A DNA stretch of 64,000 nucleotides from Candidatus Portnoybacteria bacterium. Its GTDB lineage: Bacteria; Patescibacteriota; Minisyncoccia; Portnoybacterales; GWB1-42-6. Below are positions 1 through 8,928 of this stretch, in pieces. Within the stretch, counting starts at the first letter, position 1; each line of letters begins with the position of its first letter. Location of the stretch: the NCBI GenBank assembly GCA_028688325.1, contig JAQTYI010000001.1, forward strand, positions 168,820 through 232,819, read 5' to 3'. The notes under the pieces were generated by a model that saw nothing but the letters and a program-made list of their open reading frames with translations, ran no database searches and was not told the DNA's origin. A program made the translations under genes and the position numbers.

Positions 1-3000
1 GTGGAAGTGCCGAGTTTGAAAACATTATCCAAAGACGGATTGATGTCTCCGGCAAAAACCGCCGTGCCGCCATTTAAGATGCTCAAAAAAGTCGAGGTGG
101 CCGAAAGCGCGTCGGAAGAAGTGCCGATGTAAAAATTACCGCCTTGAGAGCTCAAAAACCAATGCTTGTCGTCGGCACCGGCCGAGTAGTCCGAAAGAAC
201 AAGCGAGGGACGCGTGCCGGAAATTTGCAATTTCCAATTGGGAGTGCTCGTGCCAATCCCCACATTCCCGTTGGCCGAAACCGTCAAAGTTGAAGTGGCC
301 TGCCAAGCCGAGTCCTGATAGGTCAAGGTCTGGCCTTGGGTGCCGACGGGCAAGGTGTCCACTCCTATTGTGAATAAAGTTGAGGTGCTCACCCATTCGG
401 TGGCCGAGCCGGTGGATTTGAGAATGTAGCCGTTGGCGCCGGCCGAAGACAAGCTGTCGTAGAGGCCGCCGGTCAGGGCGAAGTTGCCCGAGACCGAGAA
501 CTTCTGGTAAGGCGAGGAGGTGGCAACGCCGATGTTGCCGGTGTTGTTTATCGTCAGATAAGTTGAAGTGGCATTAAGCGCATCGGTGGAGGTGCCTATG
601 AAAAGATTGCCACCCATGGAAGAAAACAGCCAGTGCTTGTCGTTAATTCCGGCGGACATATCGGATAAAGCAAAAAATGTTTTGGTGGAAGAAGCGACCT
701 GAAAATTCCAGGCCGGAGTCGTTGTGCCAATCCCGATCGCTCCGGAAACATCAATTCTCATCCGCTCGGAGCCGCCGGTGAAAAACTTTAATTGGTCGTT
801 GTCCGCGCCGGCCGAATCTTCAGCCGTGATTTTTGTGTCCTGGTCAACATCAATCACTCCGCCCAGAGATCCCCAGGAGGAAGCGCCGTAGCCCTCAAAT
901 TGCTGGGTCTGTGAATTATAGCGAATAATGCCGCTGGTCAAAGAACCGGGCCGCTGGGCGGTGGTGCCCACGGGAATGACAAGGCCGTCTGTGGCGTCAA
1001 TATGCAAAGCGGTCTTGGGGGTGGTCGTGCCAACACCCAGATTTCCGCCGATAAGCGTTAAGTTTCCCCCCGACACCGCCAAGCCGGCTTTGGCCGAGAG
1101 CAGGCCAGAAAAAGAGCCGCCGGTGGCGGCAATGGAACCGGCGAAGGTGGAATCGGTGATGGTGGCGCCGGAGATAGCAACGCCGCTCAACTGATCAATT
1201 TTTTGCGACGACGACCAAGAATAAAAATTATTGGTGGTGTAAGAATTGCTCTGGGAGACGGCGGAACTTTGGCTGCTGCTGACCAGAGCCAAAATTTTTG
1301 TCTCCAGCGAAGCCATGTCGCTCGCCTTGGCATAGTCGCCGGGCGGCAAAACTTGCGTAATTTTTTCTATGCGCTGGACATACTGGATCGTTTGGCCATC
1401 CGGGCTGCCGACGATAATCGGCGGAAAACTCGGCTGCAACGCTTGCAATTTTTGCAAAGCGTTAATTTCGTCGTTCAAAGAAATGCTGAACTGCAATTCG
1501 TTCATTGTCACTTTTAGCTTATTGACTTCCCGGCGCATATCGTCGATGGCGATAAAATATTCTTTGTCGCCCGGCGACAAAGAGGGCATTGGCGGCGCAA
1601 CGGCGATGTGCCTGTAAAACAACGGGTCTATTTCCCGCGCCAATTGTCCGTAGTGGGTTAAATTATAAAAAACAAGAATGGCTTGGCGGCCCGCGCTGGT
1701 CGCGCTGTCGCCGGCGAATGCCAGGCCTTTGTTGATAATGCCGCCGAGATAATCCATCGCGTCCACCAAAACTTCGCCGGCGGCTTGCGGCCAAGAAACA
1801 ACCGGCTTCACCCCGTTCCAAACCGCCAGGCCGGTGTTGTTTATCGCGTCCCCGGATTTCTGGCTGATAACTAAATATTTGTCGTATGCCAGCGACGGCC
1901 ATTCCGTTATGCCGCCAAAAAAATTCCTGGCGGCCGAAGCTATTTTCAAGCTGGCGCGCGAAAAAATTTCTCCCAGATTATCTTTTGCCTGCTCGTTCTT
2001 TCTGTCCAAATTTAAATATGCGTCTTTCACGAAGGCCGGCCAGGCGGCGGCTCTGATTTCGATGTCGGCGATTTTATTTTGCGCGCCCTGGCCGGCCGAT
2101 GCGGTAAAGCCGGAAATGCTCCGTCCGGCTTCCTGAGCAAATTCAACTGCGGCCAAAGGCGCGTTCAAAATGTCGTTCAACAATAAATCCTGATTTTCAA
2201 CCGAACTGATGGAAACGGTCAATCGGCCAAACCGATGAACTGATGAATTGATGAACTGATGAATTGACTCGCCTGTTTGCTCCACCTGCCATGCTAATTC
2301 TTCTCCCGCGCCGGCCAAAGAATCGATTGCGCTCGCGCCGCCATCAACTAAAATCTCCGCTGAATTTTTTATTTCATTCTTAAATTTTTCTCCTTCTTTT
2401 TCATAAAGGCCCGCTTCGTTCTGTTCCTCCCTTTCGTAAAGGGAGGTTAGGAGGGATTTAGTATTCCATAAAACGCCGCTGATTTTTTCCGGTCCATCAA
2501 TAATTATCCTTCCCGCATTTTCCAGAACGGCTGCCGTCTTTTGAGTTATTGCTTCCTGCGCCTGCGGCAGAAACCAGGCGCCCGCCATCAGCAAAACCGT
2601 CAGCATTGCCAGCCGCAACGGCCTTAATTCCTCGCGGACCAGATGCGGCGCCACGCGCGCAATTTTCAACGCTTCTTCAAGCGCCTTGCATCTTAAATAA
2701 AATTTTATACAGGCCTCGCGCGATGCACCGGCGATTTTTTCAAAACCGGCGCCCAGCGCGGCCAGCGGCCAAAGCAGCGCCGCCAAGACCGCGAAGAAAA
2801 CTTTTCCACCCCCCTCCTTTAAATAAAGGAGGGGGGTGGAGGATTTAATTTCCTCCCTCCCCTGCAAAGGGTTCGCCTCGCTCTCGCGCAAGCGAGACGA
2901 GGAGGGTGGGGTGAGATTTAATTCTTGAACTTCCGCCGCTTCAATCTTTTTTTCACTGCCGCGTTTCTGCTCTTTGAAGTTTTGCACCCTCGCCAAATAT

Positions 3001-3356
3001 TCGTCCACCCAATCATTGGTGGTCATCCAGTTGCGGCCGATTTTTTTGGCTCGAAGTTTGCCTTGGCGCACGCGCAAGCTCAAATACTCCTGTGAATATT
3101 TAGCGCGCCTTGACGCTTCCTGCAAAGAAATGAGGCCGCCTTTCTTTTCTTTTTTGTTTTTTGCAGAAAACTGCGATTGGACCTTCGCCGAATATTCGTC
3201 CAGCCATTCCCGGGTGGTCATCCAATCCCGTCCGATCTTTTTGGCTTTTAATTTTCCCCTCCTGGCGCGCAAACTCAAATACTCCTGCGAATAAGGAGTT
3301 AACTCGCTGGCTTCCGCCAAAGAAAGGTAATTATTTTTTTGATCCGCTTGTTCCAT
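1..3356 (-). CDS. Giant (>1100 aa, truncated at window edge) surface/fibre-like protein with two N-terminal excisionase-like HTH repeats
   Basis: ATG at 3356 reads MEQADQKNNYLSLAEASELTPYSQEYLSLRARRGKLKAKKIGRDWMTT, followed by a second YSQEYLSLRVRQGKLRAKKIGRNW repeat. The same frame at the window start gives GxGTTTP/ATSSP repeats and GSLGGVIDVDQDTKITAED. Absence from the ORF track is consistent with an ORF running off the edge. Confidence 0.8.
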   Translation of the reverse strand, partial: MEQADQKNNYLSLAEASELTPYSQEYLSLRARRGKLKAKKIGRDWMTTREWLDEYSAKVQSQFSAKNKKEKKGGLISLQEASRRAKYSQEYLSLRVRQGKLRAKKIGRNWMTTNDWVDEYLARVQNFKEQKRGSEKKIEAAEVQELNLTPPSSSRLRESEANPLQGREEIKSSTPLLYLKEGGGKVFFAVLAALLWPLAALGAGFEKIAGASREACIKFYLRCKALEEALKIARVAPHLVREELRPLRLAMLTVLLMAGAWFLPQAQEAITQKTAAVLENAGRIIIDGPEKISGVLWNTKSLLTSLYEREEQNEAGLYEKEGEKFKNEIKNSAEILVDGGASAIDSLAGAGEELAWQVEQTGESIHQFINSSVHRFGRLTVSISSVENQDLLLNDILNAPLAAVEFAQEAGRSISGFTASAGQGAQNKIADIEIRAAAWPAFVKDAYLNLDRKNEQAKDNLGEIFSRASLKIASAARNFFGGITEWPSLAYDKYLVISQKSGDAINNTGLAVWNGVKPVVSWPQAAGEVLVDAMDYLGGIINKGLAFAGDSATSAGRQAILVFYNLTHYGQLAREIDPLFYRHIAVAPPMPSLSPGDKEYFIAIDDMRREVNKLKVTMNELQFSISLNDEINALQKLQALQPSFPPIIVGSPDGQTIQYVQRIEKITQVLPPGDYAKASDMASLETKILALVSSSQSSAVSQSNSYTTNNFYSWSSSQKIDQLSGVAISGATITDSTFAGSIAATGGSFSGLLSAKAGLAVSGGNLTLIGGNLGVGTTTPKTALHIDATDGLVIPVGTTAQRPGSLTSGIIRYNSQTQQFEGYGASSWGSLGGVIDVDQDTKITAEDSAGADNDQLKFFTGGSERMRIDVSGAIGIGTTTPAWNFQVASSTKTFFALSDMSAGINDKHWLFSSMGGNLFIGTSTDALNATSTYLTINNTGNIGVATSSPYQKFSVSGNFALTGGLYDSLSSAGANGYILKSTGSATEWVSTSTLFTIGVDTLPVGTQGQTLTYQDSAWQATSTLTVSANGNVGIGTSTPNWKLQISGTRPSLVLSDYSAGADDKHWFLSSQGGNFYIGTSSDALSATSTFLSILNGGTAVFAGDINPSLDNVFKLGTS

Positions 3357-3701
3357 CTGCCTTTTCTGATATCCGATATCCCGAATATTTAGAATTTTTG
3401 AGTTCGGATGTCGGATATCGCCGAATTTGATTTAATTAATTTTTACAAAATAAAAAACCCGCGAGACGATTAGTCCCCTTCGGGTTTTTCGCGAAATACC
3501 GGTTGTTTTTTTCTGTCTTTATTGTATGCTTTTTTCGAAATAGGTGTCAATGCGGATATATTGTGCGCGCAGCATATCCGATATATGCGCATCCATACAA
3601 CCGATATGATACTGAAAAATCCCCAAAACAAGCCAAAAAACGCATATTGCGACATTCGTGCATTTTTTATCTTTTTTATTCATAGAAACCTCTTCTTTAA
3701 C

Positions 3702-3755
3702 TTATCCACAAGCGCTTTAAAAAAATAAATATTTTTTTGCTTTGCCTGTGGATAA
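3702..3755. promoter_or_regulatory. Inverted pair of perfect DnaA-box 9-mers
   Basis: TTATCCACA at 3702-3710 and TGTGGATAA at 3747-3755; another TTATCCACA at 4510-4518. Confidence 0.4.
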
Positions 3756-4150
3756 AAAAATGCTTTTCTTGATAAACCGATATGCCGTTTTTTGGCTTAA
3801 AATAAGCATTTTTCGCTGTATCGGTTTTTTTATGATTTTTTATCCGATACGCCGGGCTTGACAAGATTTTAAAAAAACCTAAAATGAAAGCAGGACAATA
3901 AGTCCGGATTTCTAACAGACGGCCCCGCTTCGGCGGGGTTTTCTGTTTCACCGCGCCGAAGCTCGCAGCAATAACGGAGATGCGGAGGCGGGTTTTTCTA
4001 TTTCCGGTAAAAGTATCCGATGTCCGACATCCCGGATATTAAGGATCCCAAACCCCGGATGTCGGACATCATAGAATGATACCGCTTACTTAAGATGACG
4101 CACCTCGCCGCCCTACAAATCTATCGCTTAACTATTTTCTATTGATTATA

Positions 4151-4176
4151 AAAACCCGCCTAATGGCGGGTTTTTG
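4151..4176. terminator. Intrinsic terminator-like hairpin downstream of the MerR-like gene
   Basis: AAAACCCGCC-TAAT-GGCGGGTTTT. Confidence 0.6.
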
Positions 4177-4205
4177 ATTCTCAATTTATCGCTCTATTCT
4201 CTTTT

Positions 4206-4418
4206 TTAAAAGATATCTATCTTTCTTGCGGCCTTCTTGGCCCTGCTGCCTTCAAGCTGCCTCAGAAATGCTTCTATTTGGTCTAAGCGGTAAACTCTGT
4301 AGTTATTGCTTGGATGGCGGTATGCTTTCAACTTTCCCGCCTTATCCCAGTTGCGCAATGTCAAAGGAGTCACATGAAGAAGCTTTGCCGCATTATTTAT
4401 CATTAAATATTTCTGCAT
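4206..4418 (-). CDS. Small MerR/excisionase-type HTH DNA-binding protein
   Basis: INNAAKLLHVTPLTLRNWDKAGKLKAYRHPSNNYRVY matches the MerR HTH pattern. Confidence 0.85.
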   Translation of the reverse strand: MQKYLMINNAAKLLHVTPLTLRNWDKAGKLKAYRHPSNNYRVYRLDQIEAFLRQLEGSRAKKAARKIDIF

Positions 4419-4867
4419 CTTTATTTTTTTCCGTTTTTTATTGATTATCAATGTTTATCAATGTTGTTTACTCTTATTTTATCTTTTTTATGATAACTGT
4501 CAATACCGTTATCCACAAAAAATACCCAAACAGCCATTCTATGCCCACACTATAAACATTGATAAAACATTTTTTAAACAACCATAAACATTCATACCAT
4601 TTTATCCTATTTTGATGTCCGACATCCCCCGCCTACGCCATACGGCTACGGCGGACAGGCAAATATTAATAATTTCTGATTTCGGATGTCGGACATCATT
4701 AAATTATTCCCGCGGTTTTACCGCTCTTACCCCGCAAACCACCGTCTCGTATAACTTTGGACGCCCATTTTTTGACATTGAGTCATTGGGCATTCATTGG
4801 AAATTAGCCATTTGCCATTGGGATTTAAAAGCAAGAACGCGGGTTATTTTTATGATACTATTATACT

Positions 4868-5623
4868 ATGAGTCGCGCATCAAAACATCTCAAAGCTATT
4901 CTCAGCTGGTGCCTTGACCTTATCTTCCCCCGCTCGTGCCTGGGCTGCGGCCAAGACGGCTCCTACCTATGCCGAGATTGCCGCGACTCTCTGCCGATTG
5001 CCAGCTGCGCCAATTGCCCTTTTTGCGGCCGCCGCTCGCCCTTGGGATACGCCTGCCAAAAATGCCGCCGGCAGCATCATTCTTCTATCTCGGGAATTCT
5101 GATCGCCTCCGACTGGAATAATTTATTGCTTCGGCAAATAATTTACGAATACAAATACCGATTCGTCAAAGAGCTGGCCGATCCGCTTTCAAACCTGGCG
5201 ACAAATTTTTTAGAACGGATTGATTTTATTAAAACGCTGAGGTGCTCCGAAACCGAGATAATCGTCATTCCCGTTCCGCTGCATAAAAAACGCTTTGCTT
5301 GGCGGGGGTTCAACCAATCAGAACTGCTGGCGCAACAAATCAGTAGAAAATTTAATACGGCCGTAAATAACGACATTTTAATTCGCTCCCGCCACGCGCT
5401 TCCCCAAAGAGAGGTGGCGGATAAAAAAGCTCGGGCTGCCAACATCAAAAACGCTTTCGCGCTGTCGCCAAAATTAAATTTGAATGATGATGCCATAAAA
5501 AATAAAATTATTATTCTGGTCGACGACATCTGCACCACCGGCTCAACCTTTCAAGATTGCGCGCGGGCGCTGGCGCCGCTTAAACCCAAAGAAATCTGGG
5601 GGCTGGTCATCGCCAGAGGATAG
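4868..5623 (+). CDS. comF: ComF family competence protein (double zinc ribbon + PRTase domain)
   Basis: CxxC zinc ribbons, PVPLH..RGFNQSELL, ILVDDICTTGST. Confidence 0.92.
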   Translation: MSRASKHLKAILSWCLDLIFPRSCLGCGQDGSYLCRDCRDSLPIASCANCPFCGRRSPLGYACQKCRRQHHSSISGILIASDWNNLLLRQIIYEYKYRFVKELADPLSNLATNFLERIDFIKTLRCSETEIIVIPVPLHKKRFAWRGFNQSELLAQQISRKFNTAVNNDILIRSRHALPQREVADKKARAANIKNAFALSPKLNLNDDAIKNKIIILVDDICTTGSTFQDCARALAPLKPKEIWGLVIARG

Positions 5624-5727
5624 GGATAGCTCCGGCGCCGCGGTTGGATTATCTTCTTTTTATTTGCTATCATGCCTATGAAAGGCCGGATGAAAAATCC
5701 GCACTAAATGCATCCGGCGCAAAAATT

Positions 5728-6051
5728 ATGAAAAAGATAAAAAGGAATCCCGAAATCGCCTGGAGAGAAGAAGAAGAGATGAGAAATAAAGTGGAAGAGA
5801 TTTTAAAACAGGGAGGAGAAACAGAAGAAGTGAGCAAAAAAGGGACCGTAACGCTTGTTTACTCTGGAGCGATGCATCAGTTGAATCTCTTGGGAGGAGA
5901 AATCTGGAAGCTATGCGACGGAACTCGGACGGAGGAAGAAATCGGAGAAGAATTATTAAAAACATTCGATGCCGAACGGGATATTATCTTAAAAGATCTC
6001 AAAGAATTCATCCTGGACCTTCAAAATAAGAAATGGCTTTTTTATGAATAA
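5728..6051 (+). CDS. PqqD-family RiPP recognition element (GeoRSP-type)
   Basis: RNPEIAWR...MHQLNLLGGEIWKLCDGTRTEEEI...F..D..EFILDL PqqD/RRE pattern; overlaps the rSAM start; ATG at 5728 chosen. Confidence 0.88.
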   Translation: MKKIKRNPEIAWREEEEMRNKVEEILKQGGETEEVSKKGTVTLVYSGAMHQLNLLGGEIWKLCDGTRTEEEIGEELLKTFDAERDIILKDLKEFILDLQNKKWLFYE

Positions 6052-7054
6052 AAACACTCCCGCCATGATGCCATTGGCGGCCAATTGGGCGCTAACCGTA
6101 AGATGCAATTTCAACTGCAACCACTGCTACTCTCGGACGGATAGCAGCCCCGAATTGGCTTTGAAAGAGATAAAAGTCATCGTTGACAAATTAGTCCGTT
6201 CCCGTGTTCTTTTTGTGAACTTTGGCGGAGGCGAACCGCTGCTGCGAAAAGACTTGTTTGAAATTGCAAACTACGCGAAACGCCGAGGATTGCACATCTC
6301 TATGAACTCGAACGGATCTTTAATAACGAAAGCGGCGGCGAAAAATATAAAAGAATCCGGTTTTCGCCAGGTCGGAATAAGCATGGATAGCCATCTGTCC
6401 GGGATACACGATAAATTCAGAAACGCTCCGGGAAGCCATAAAAAAGCGATCGCAGCAATAGGCCGCCTGAAAAAGGCCGGCATCGAAGTCAGCGTTTCAT
6501 CGGTGATATGCAAGATCAATCACACTAATTTCGAAAAGATCATCGCTCTCGCCAAGAAATTAAAAGTTAATAAGATAAATCTGCACAACTACAAGTGCGG
6601 CGGCCGGGAGTTCGCCAATCGCGACAACCTTGATCTGTCGCCAGAGGAATGGCGCGATTTTTACGGCAAAGTCCTCGAGATAAAAAGCCGAGAAAAAGAA
6701 ATGGATATTTCCCTGGACGACCCGATAATCGCCTCGCTGAAAAATACGGAAAATAAATCTTTGGTGCAAGGGAGCATCTGCGGAAAGCTGTCTTTTTATA
6801 TCAAGTCCAACGGAGATATGACTCCGTGCGGCTTCATTCCTACAAAGATAGGAAATATTCTGACGGACTCCTTTAAAGAAGCATGGGAGAGCTCGCCGAT
6901 ATTACATACAATGAGAAACAAAGAGCCGAAAGGCAAATGCAAGAAATGCAAATTTTTCACTTCTTGCATCGGAGGTTGCACCGCAAGGGCGTATGCCATA
7001 AGCGGCGACTTCAACTCACCTGACCCTCATTGCTGGTATGAGCCGAAAAATTAG
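6044..7054 (+). CDS. Radical SAM/SPASM peptide maturase (GeoRSP-type)
   Basis: CNFNCNHC motif, GGGEP, SPASM cysteines C..GDMTPC..CKKC..CIGGC..DPHC. Confidence 0.95.
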   Translation: MNKNTPAMMPLAANWALTVRCNFNCNHCYSRTDSSPELALKEIKVIVDKLVRSRVLFVNFGGGEPLLRKDLFEIANYAKRRGLHISMNSNGSLITKAAAKNIKESGFRQVGISMDSHLSGIHDKFRNAPGSHKKAIAAIGRLKKAGIEVSVSSVICKINHTNFEKIIALAKKLKVNKINLHNYKCGGREFANRDNLDLSPEEWRDFYGKVLEIKSREKEMDISLDDPIIASLKNTENKSLVQGSICGKLSFYIKSNGDMTPCGFIPTKIGNILTDSFKEAWESSPILHTMRNKEPKGKCKKCKFFTSCIGGCTARAYAISGDFNSPDPHCWYEPKN

Positions 7055-7081
7055 GCGTTCGCCGATTTAATGACGCTGCGG

Positions 7082-7126
7082 TTGAAGAAAAAGGTCCCAT
7101 GGATTATAATATCAATGAAAGGAGGT
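7082..7126 (+). promoter_or_regulatory. Sigma70-type promoter and strong SD for the precursor peptide
   Basis: TTGAAG(7082)-N17-TATAAT(7105), then AAAGGAGGT(7118-7126) 7 nt before ATG 7134. Confidence 0.65.
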
Positions 7127-7133
7127 GCGTTTT

Positions 7134-7193
7134 ATGAAGATAAAATATATTCAACCGAAAATAGTCGGGAGTTCCAGTATTCATCCTTGCTGA
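7134..7193 (+). CDS. 19-aa RiPP precursor peptide MKIKYIQPKIVGSSSIHPC (geopeptide-like)
   Basis: Own SD; YxxP leader motif typical of RRE-bound precursors; C-terminal HPC; located between two SPASM genes. Confidence 0.85.
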   Translation: MKIKYIQPKIVGSSSIHPC

Positions 7194-7217
7194 TGATATC
7201 CTGCTGAACGAACAATT

Positions 7218-8156
7218 ATGCCAATGAATTTGAGCGCGCCCATTCGGGTGTATTGGGATGTGCGCGCCGATATTAATACTGAAAAACCGGCAAGCGGCGC
7301 CGAAAAAACCGTTATCGCCATTTTGGAAAGATTAACGCGGGAAAAAATATTCTATTTATCGATTTCGGGATGGGAGAATATATCCTATGAGGCGTTGCGC
7401 GAAATGCTGCCCGGCTTGGATAAAAACGGCATCTCGGTCTCGTTGATGCTTTCGGGCGGAAAAACACTCCCCGAAAACGAATTACTTTTACACGCAAGTT
7501 ATGCAAAAGAATTCGTTTTTGAAATAGATTCTGAAAAAGATTTGACGAAGTTATCTTCGCTTCAGAAAATATTAAAAAAAACACCGGCAAGAATAAGCGT
7601 TTCCATATATCCGCATGAAGGAAATTACGGCCGAATCCCTTCGATCATCGAATATTACGCAAAAAATGGAGTCCAAAATTTCATTATTCCGGCTCCCGGG
7701 ATCGCCGACAAGTCCAAAATCTCCGCACGCGACCATTCCCTCAGGGAGAAAATAGCACGCGCTATTAACAGCTCCCCTTCCTCGCGGAACGGTACCCTGA
7801 ATTTTATCGTCCACGATCCCTTTTTGTGGAAGCTGCTCGACCCAAGGTGTTTTGAAAATAAAAAGATGACTTTTGAAGGATGCCAAGCGGCTGATTCGAT
7901 AGCTTATATTGATTTTAAGGGCGATGTCTTTCCCTGCTTGTTGCTGCCAATAAGATTGGGCAATCTGCTCCAAGACAGTTTAAAGGAAATATGGTCGTCG
8001 AAAGAAAGGAAAGCTGTCAGAAAAAAGATAGAAGACATTCCTGAAAATTGTAAAAAATGTTCCCGGCTCTCGGAATGCAACGGCGGGTGCAGGGGCTTAT
8101 CATTATTGATCAACAATAATATCTGTTCGAAAGACCCAACCTGTCCCGTTTGTTGA
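7218..8156 (+). CDS. SPASM-domain protein with degenerate radical SAM domain (GeoRSP SPASM-like)
   Basis: APIRVYWD without CxxxCxxC; intact GDVFPC..CKKC..CNGGC..C.DPTC SPASM. Confidence 0.88.
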   Translation: MPMNLSAPIRVYWDVRADINTEKPASGAEKTVIAILERLTREKIFYLSISGWENISYEALREMLPGLDKNGISVSLMLSGGKTLPENELLLHASYAKEFVFEIDSEKDLTKLSSLQKILKKTPARISVSIYPHEGNYGRIPSIIEYYAKNGVQNFIIPAPGIADKSKISARDHSLREKIARAINSSPSSRNGTLNFIVHDPFLWKLLDPRCFENKKMTFEGCQAADSIAYIDFKGDVFPCLLLPIRLGNLLQDSLKEIWSSKERKAVRKKIEDIPENCKKCSRLSECNGGCRGLSLLINNNICSKDPTCPVC

Positions 8157-8181
8157 GCGCCCATAAATCATAATTGAAACA

Positions 8182-8221
8182 ATAAATAAAATAACGCCGT
8201 TAACGGCGTTATTTTATTTAT
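8182..8221. terminator. Perfect 40-bp palindrome, likely bidirectional terminator
   Basis: ATAAATAAAATAACGCCGTT|AACGGCGTTATTTTATTTAT between convergent units. Confidence 0.7.
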
Positions 8222-8222
8222 G

Positions 8223-8410
8223 ACGGACCGCTCTTCTTGCGGGTCTAACAGTTTTTCACGACCCCGTAAGAAAGCGGAGGGGGCGAGATTCGAACTCGCG
8301 AGGCTCTTGCGAACCTTCCGGTTTTCAAGACCGGTTCCTTCAGCCGCTCAGACACCCCTCCGCTTCTTTACGGGGTAACTGCTCCGCTTCAACCGCTCAC
8401 ACACGCCTCC
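8223..8410 (-). pseudogene. Degenerate outer tRNA-Ser-like remnant enclosing tRNA-Ser(TGA)
   Basis: 5' GGAGGCGTGTGTGAGCGGTTGAAGCGGAGCAGT before the insert and TGAAAAACTGTTAGACCCGCAAG..GGTCCGT after it; T-arm missing. Confidence 0.6.
8275..8361 (-). tRNA. tRNA-Ser(TGA)
   Basis: Cloverleaf with long variable arm; CCGGT-CT TGA AA-ACCGG. Confidence 0.95.
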
Positions 8411-8450
8411 CGATTATTTAAGAGATGCGGGATTCGGCTCCGACTAAAAT

Positions 8451-8705
8451 TTATCTCAATGATTCGCGAAGCATTATCTTTAAGGCCTTTCTCTCTTTTG
8501 ATGTTTTAAAATACCCTTCTCTTCTTTTAGCGTCTCTTTTGCTTTTAAAAGATTCGTAAAAGATCAGTTCCCAGGGAACATATGGTTTTGTCGATAGAAC
8601 TTCTGTATTATTGTGCCTATGAATTCTTTCCCTCAAGTCAGAAGTATATCCAATATAATTTTGGCCGGAATTACTTAAACTTTTTAAAAAATATACATAA
8701 AACAT
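8451..8705 (-). CDS. Small GIY-YIG nuclease
   Basis: YVYFLKS...NYIGYTSDLRERIHRHN...YESF.SKRDAKRRE. Confidence 0.92.
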   Translation of the reverse strand: MFYVYFLKSLSNSGQNYIGYTSDLRERIHRHNNTEVLSTKPYVPWELIFYESFKSKRDAKRREGYFKTSKERKALKIMLRESLR

Positions 8706-8752
8706 GTTTTTGATTTGAGGCGCCCCGAACCGAACTATGTTCTGGTTCGGGG

Positions 8753-8841
8753 CGGAGAGGGAGGGATTCGAACCCTCGAGACGGTTTTATCCATCTAACA
8801 GATTAGCAATCTGCCGCTTTCGGCCACTCAGCCACCTCTCC
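8753..8841 (-). tRNA. tRNA-Ser(GCT)
   Basis: GGAGAGG acceptor, GCAGA-TT GCT AA-TCTGT, long variable arm, GGTTCGAATCC. Confidence 0.95.
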
Positions 8842-8928
8842 GAACCATATATTGTCCGCCTAATTTTAAAATAAAAAATGGGCTAAGTCAACTTGAATTT
8901 AGCGCATAAATATGGTAATCTTGAAGCC

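Noticed and set aside
1..4418. Prophage (tail-fibre-like plus excisionase-like genes)
   Set aside because: No capsid, terminase, portal or integrase is present in the window.
3702..4518. Chromosomal origin oriC
   Set aside because: Only three dispersed boxes, no dnaA/dnaN nearby, and a similar box occurs upstream of nusA.
5633..5650. Missing 3' end of the outer tRNA-Ser acting as an att site left of the RiPP cluster
   Set aside because: Only a short imperfect resemblance (GCGGTTGGATT), and no integrase is present.
7191..7196. Selenocysteine or code-25 readthrough of TGA-TGA
   Set aside because: Other genes here end in TGA, no SECIS-like hairpin or sel genes are visible, and the peptide ends plausibly at HPC.
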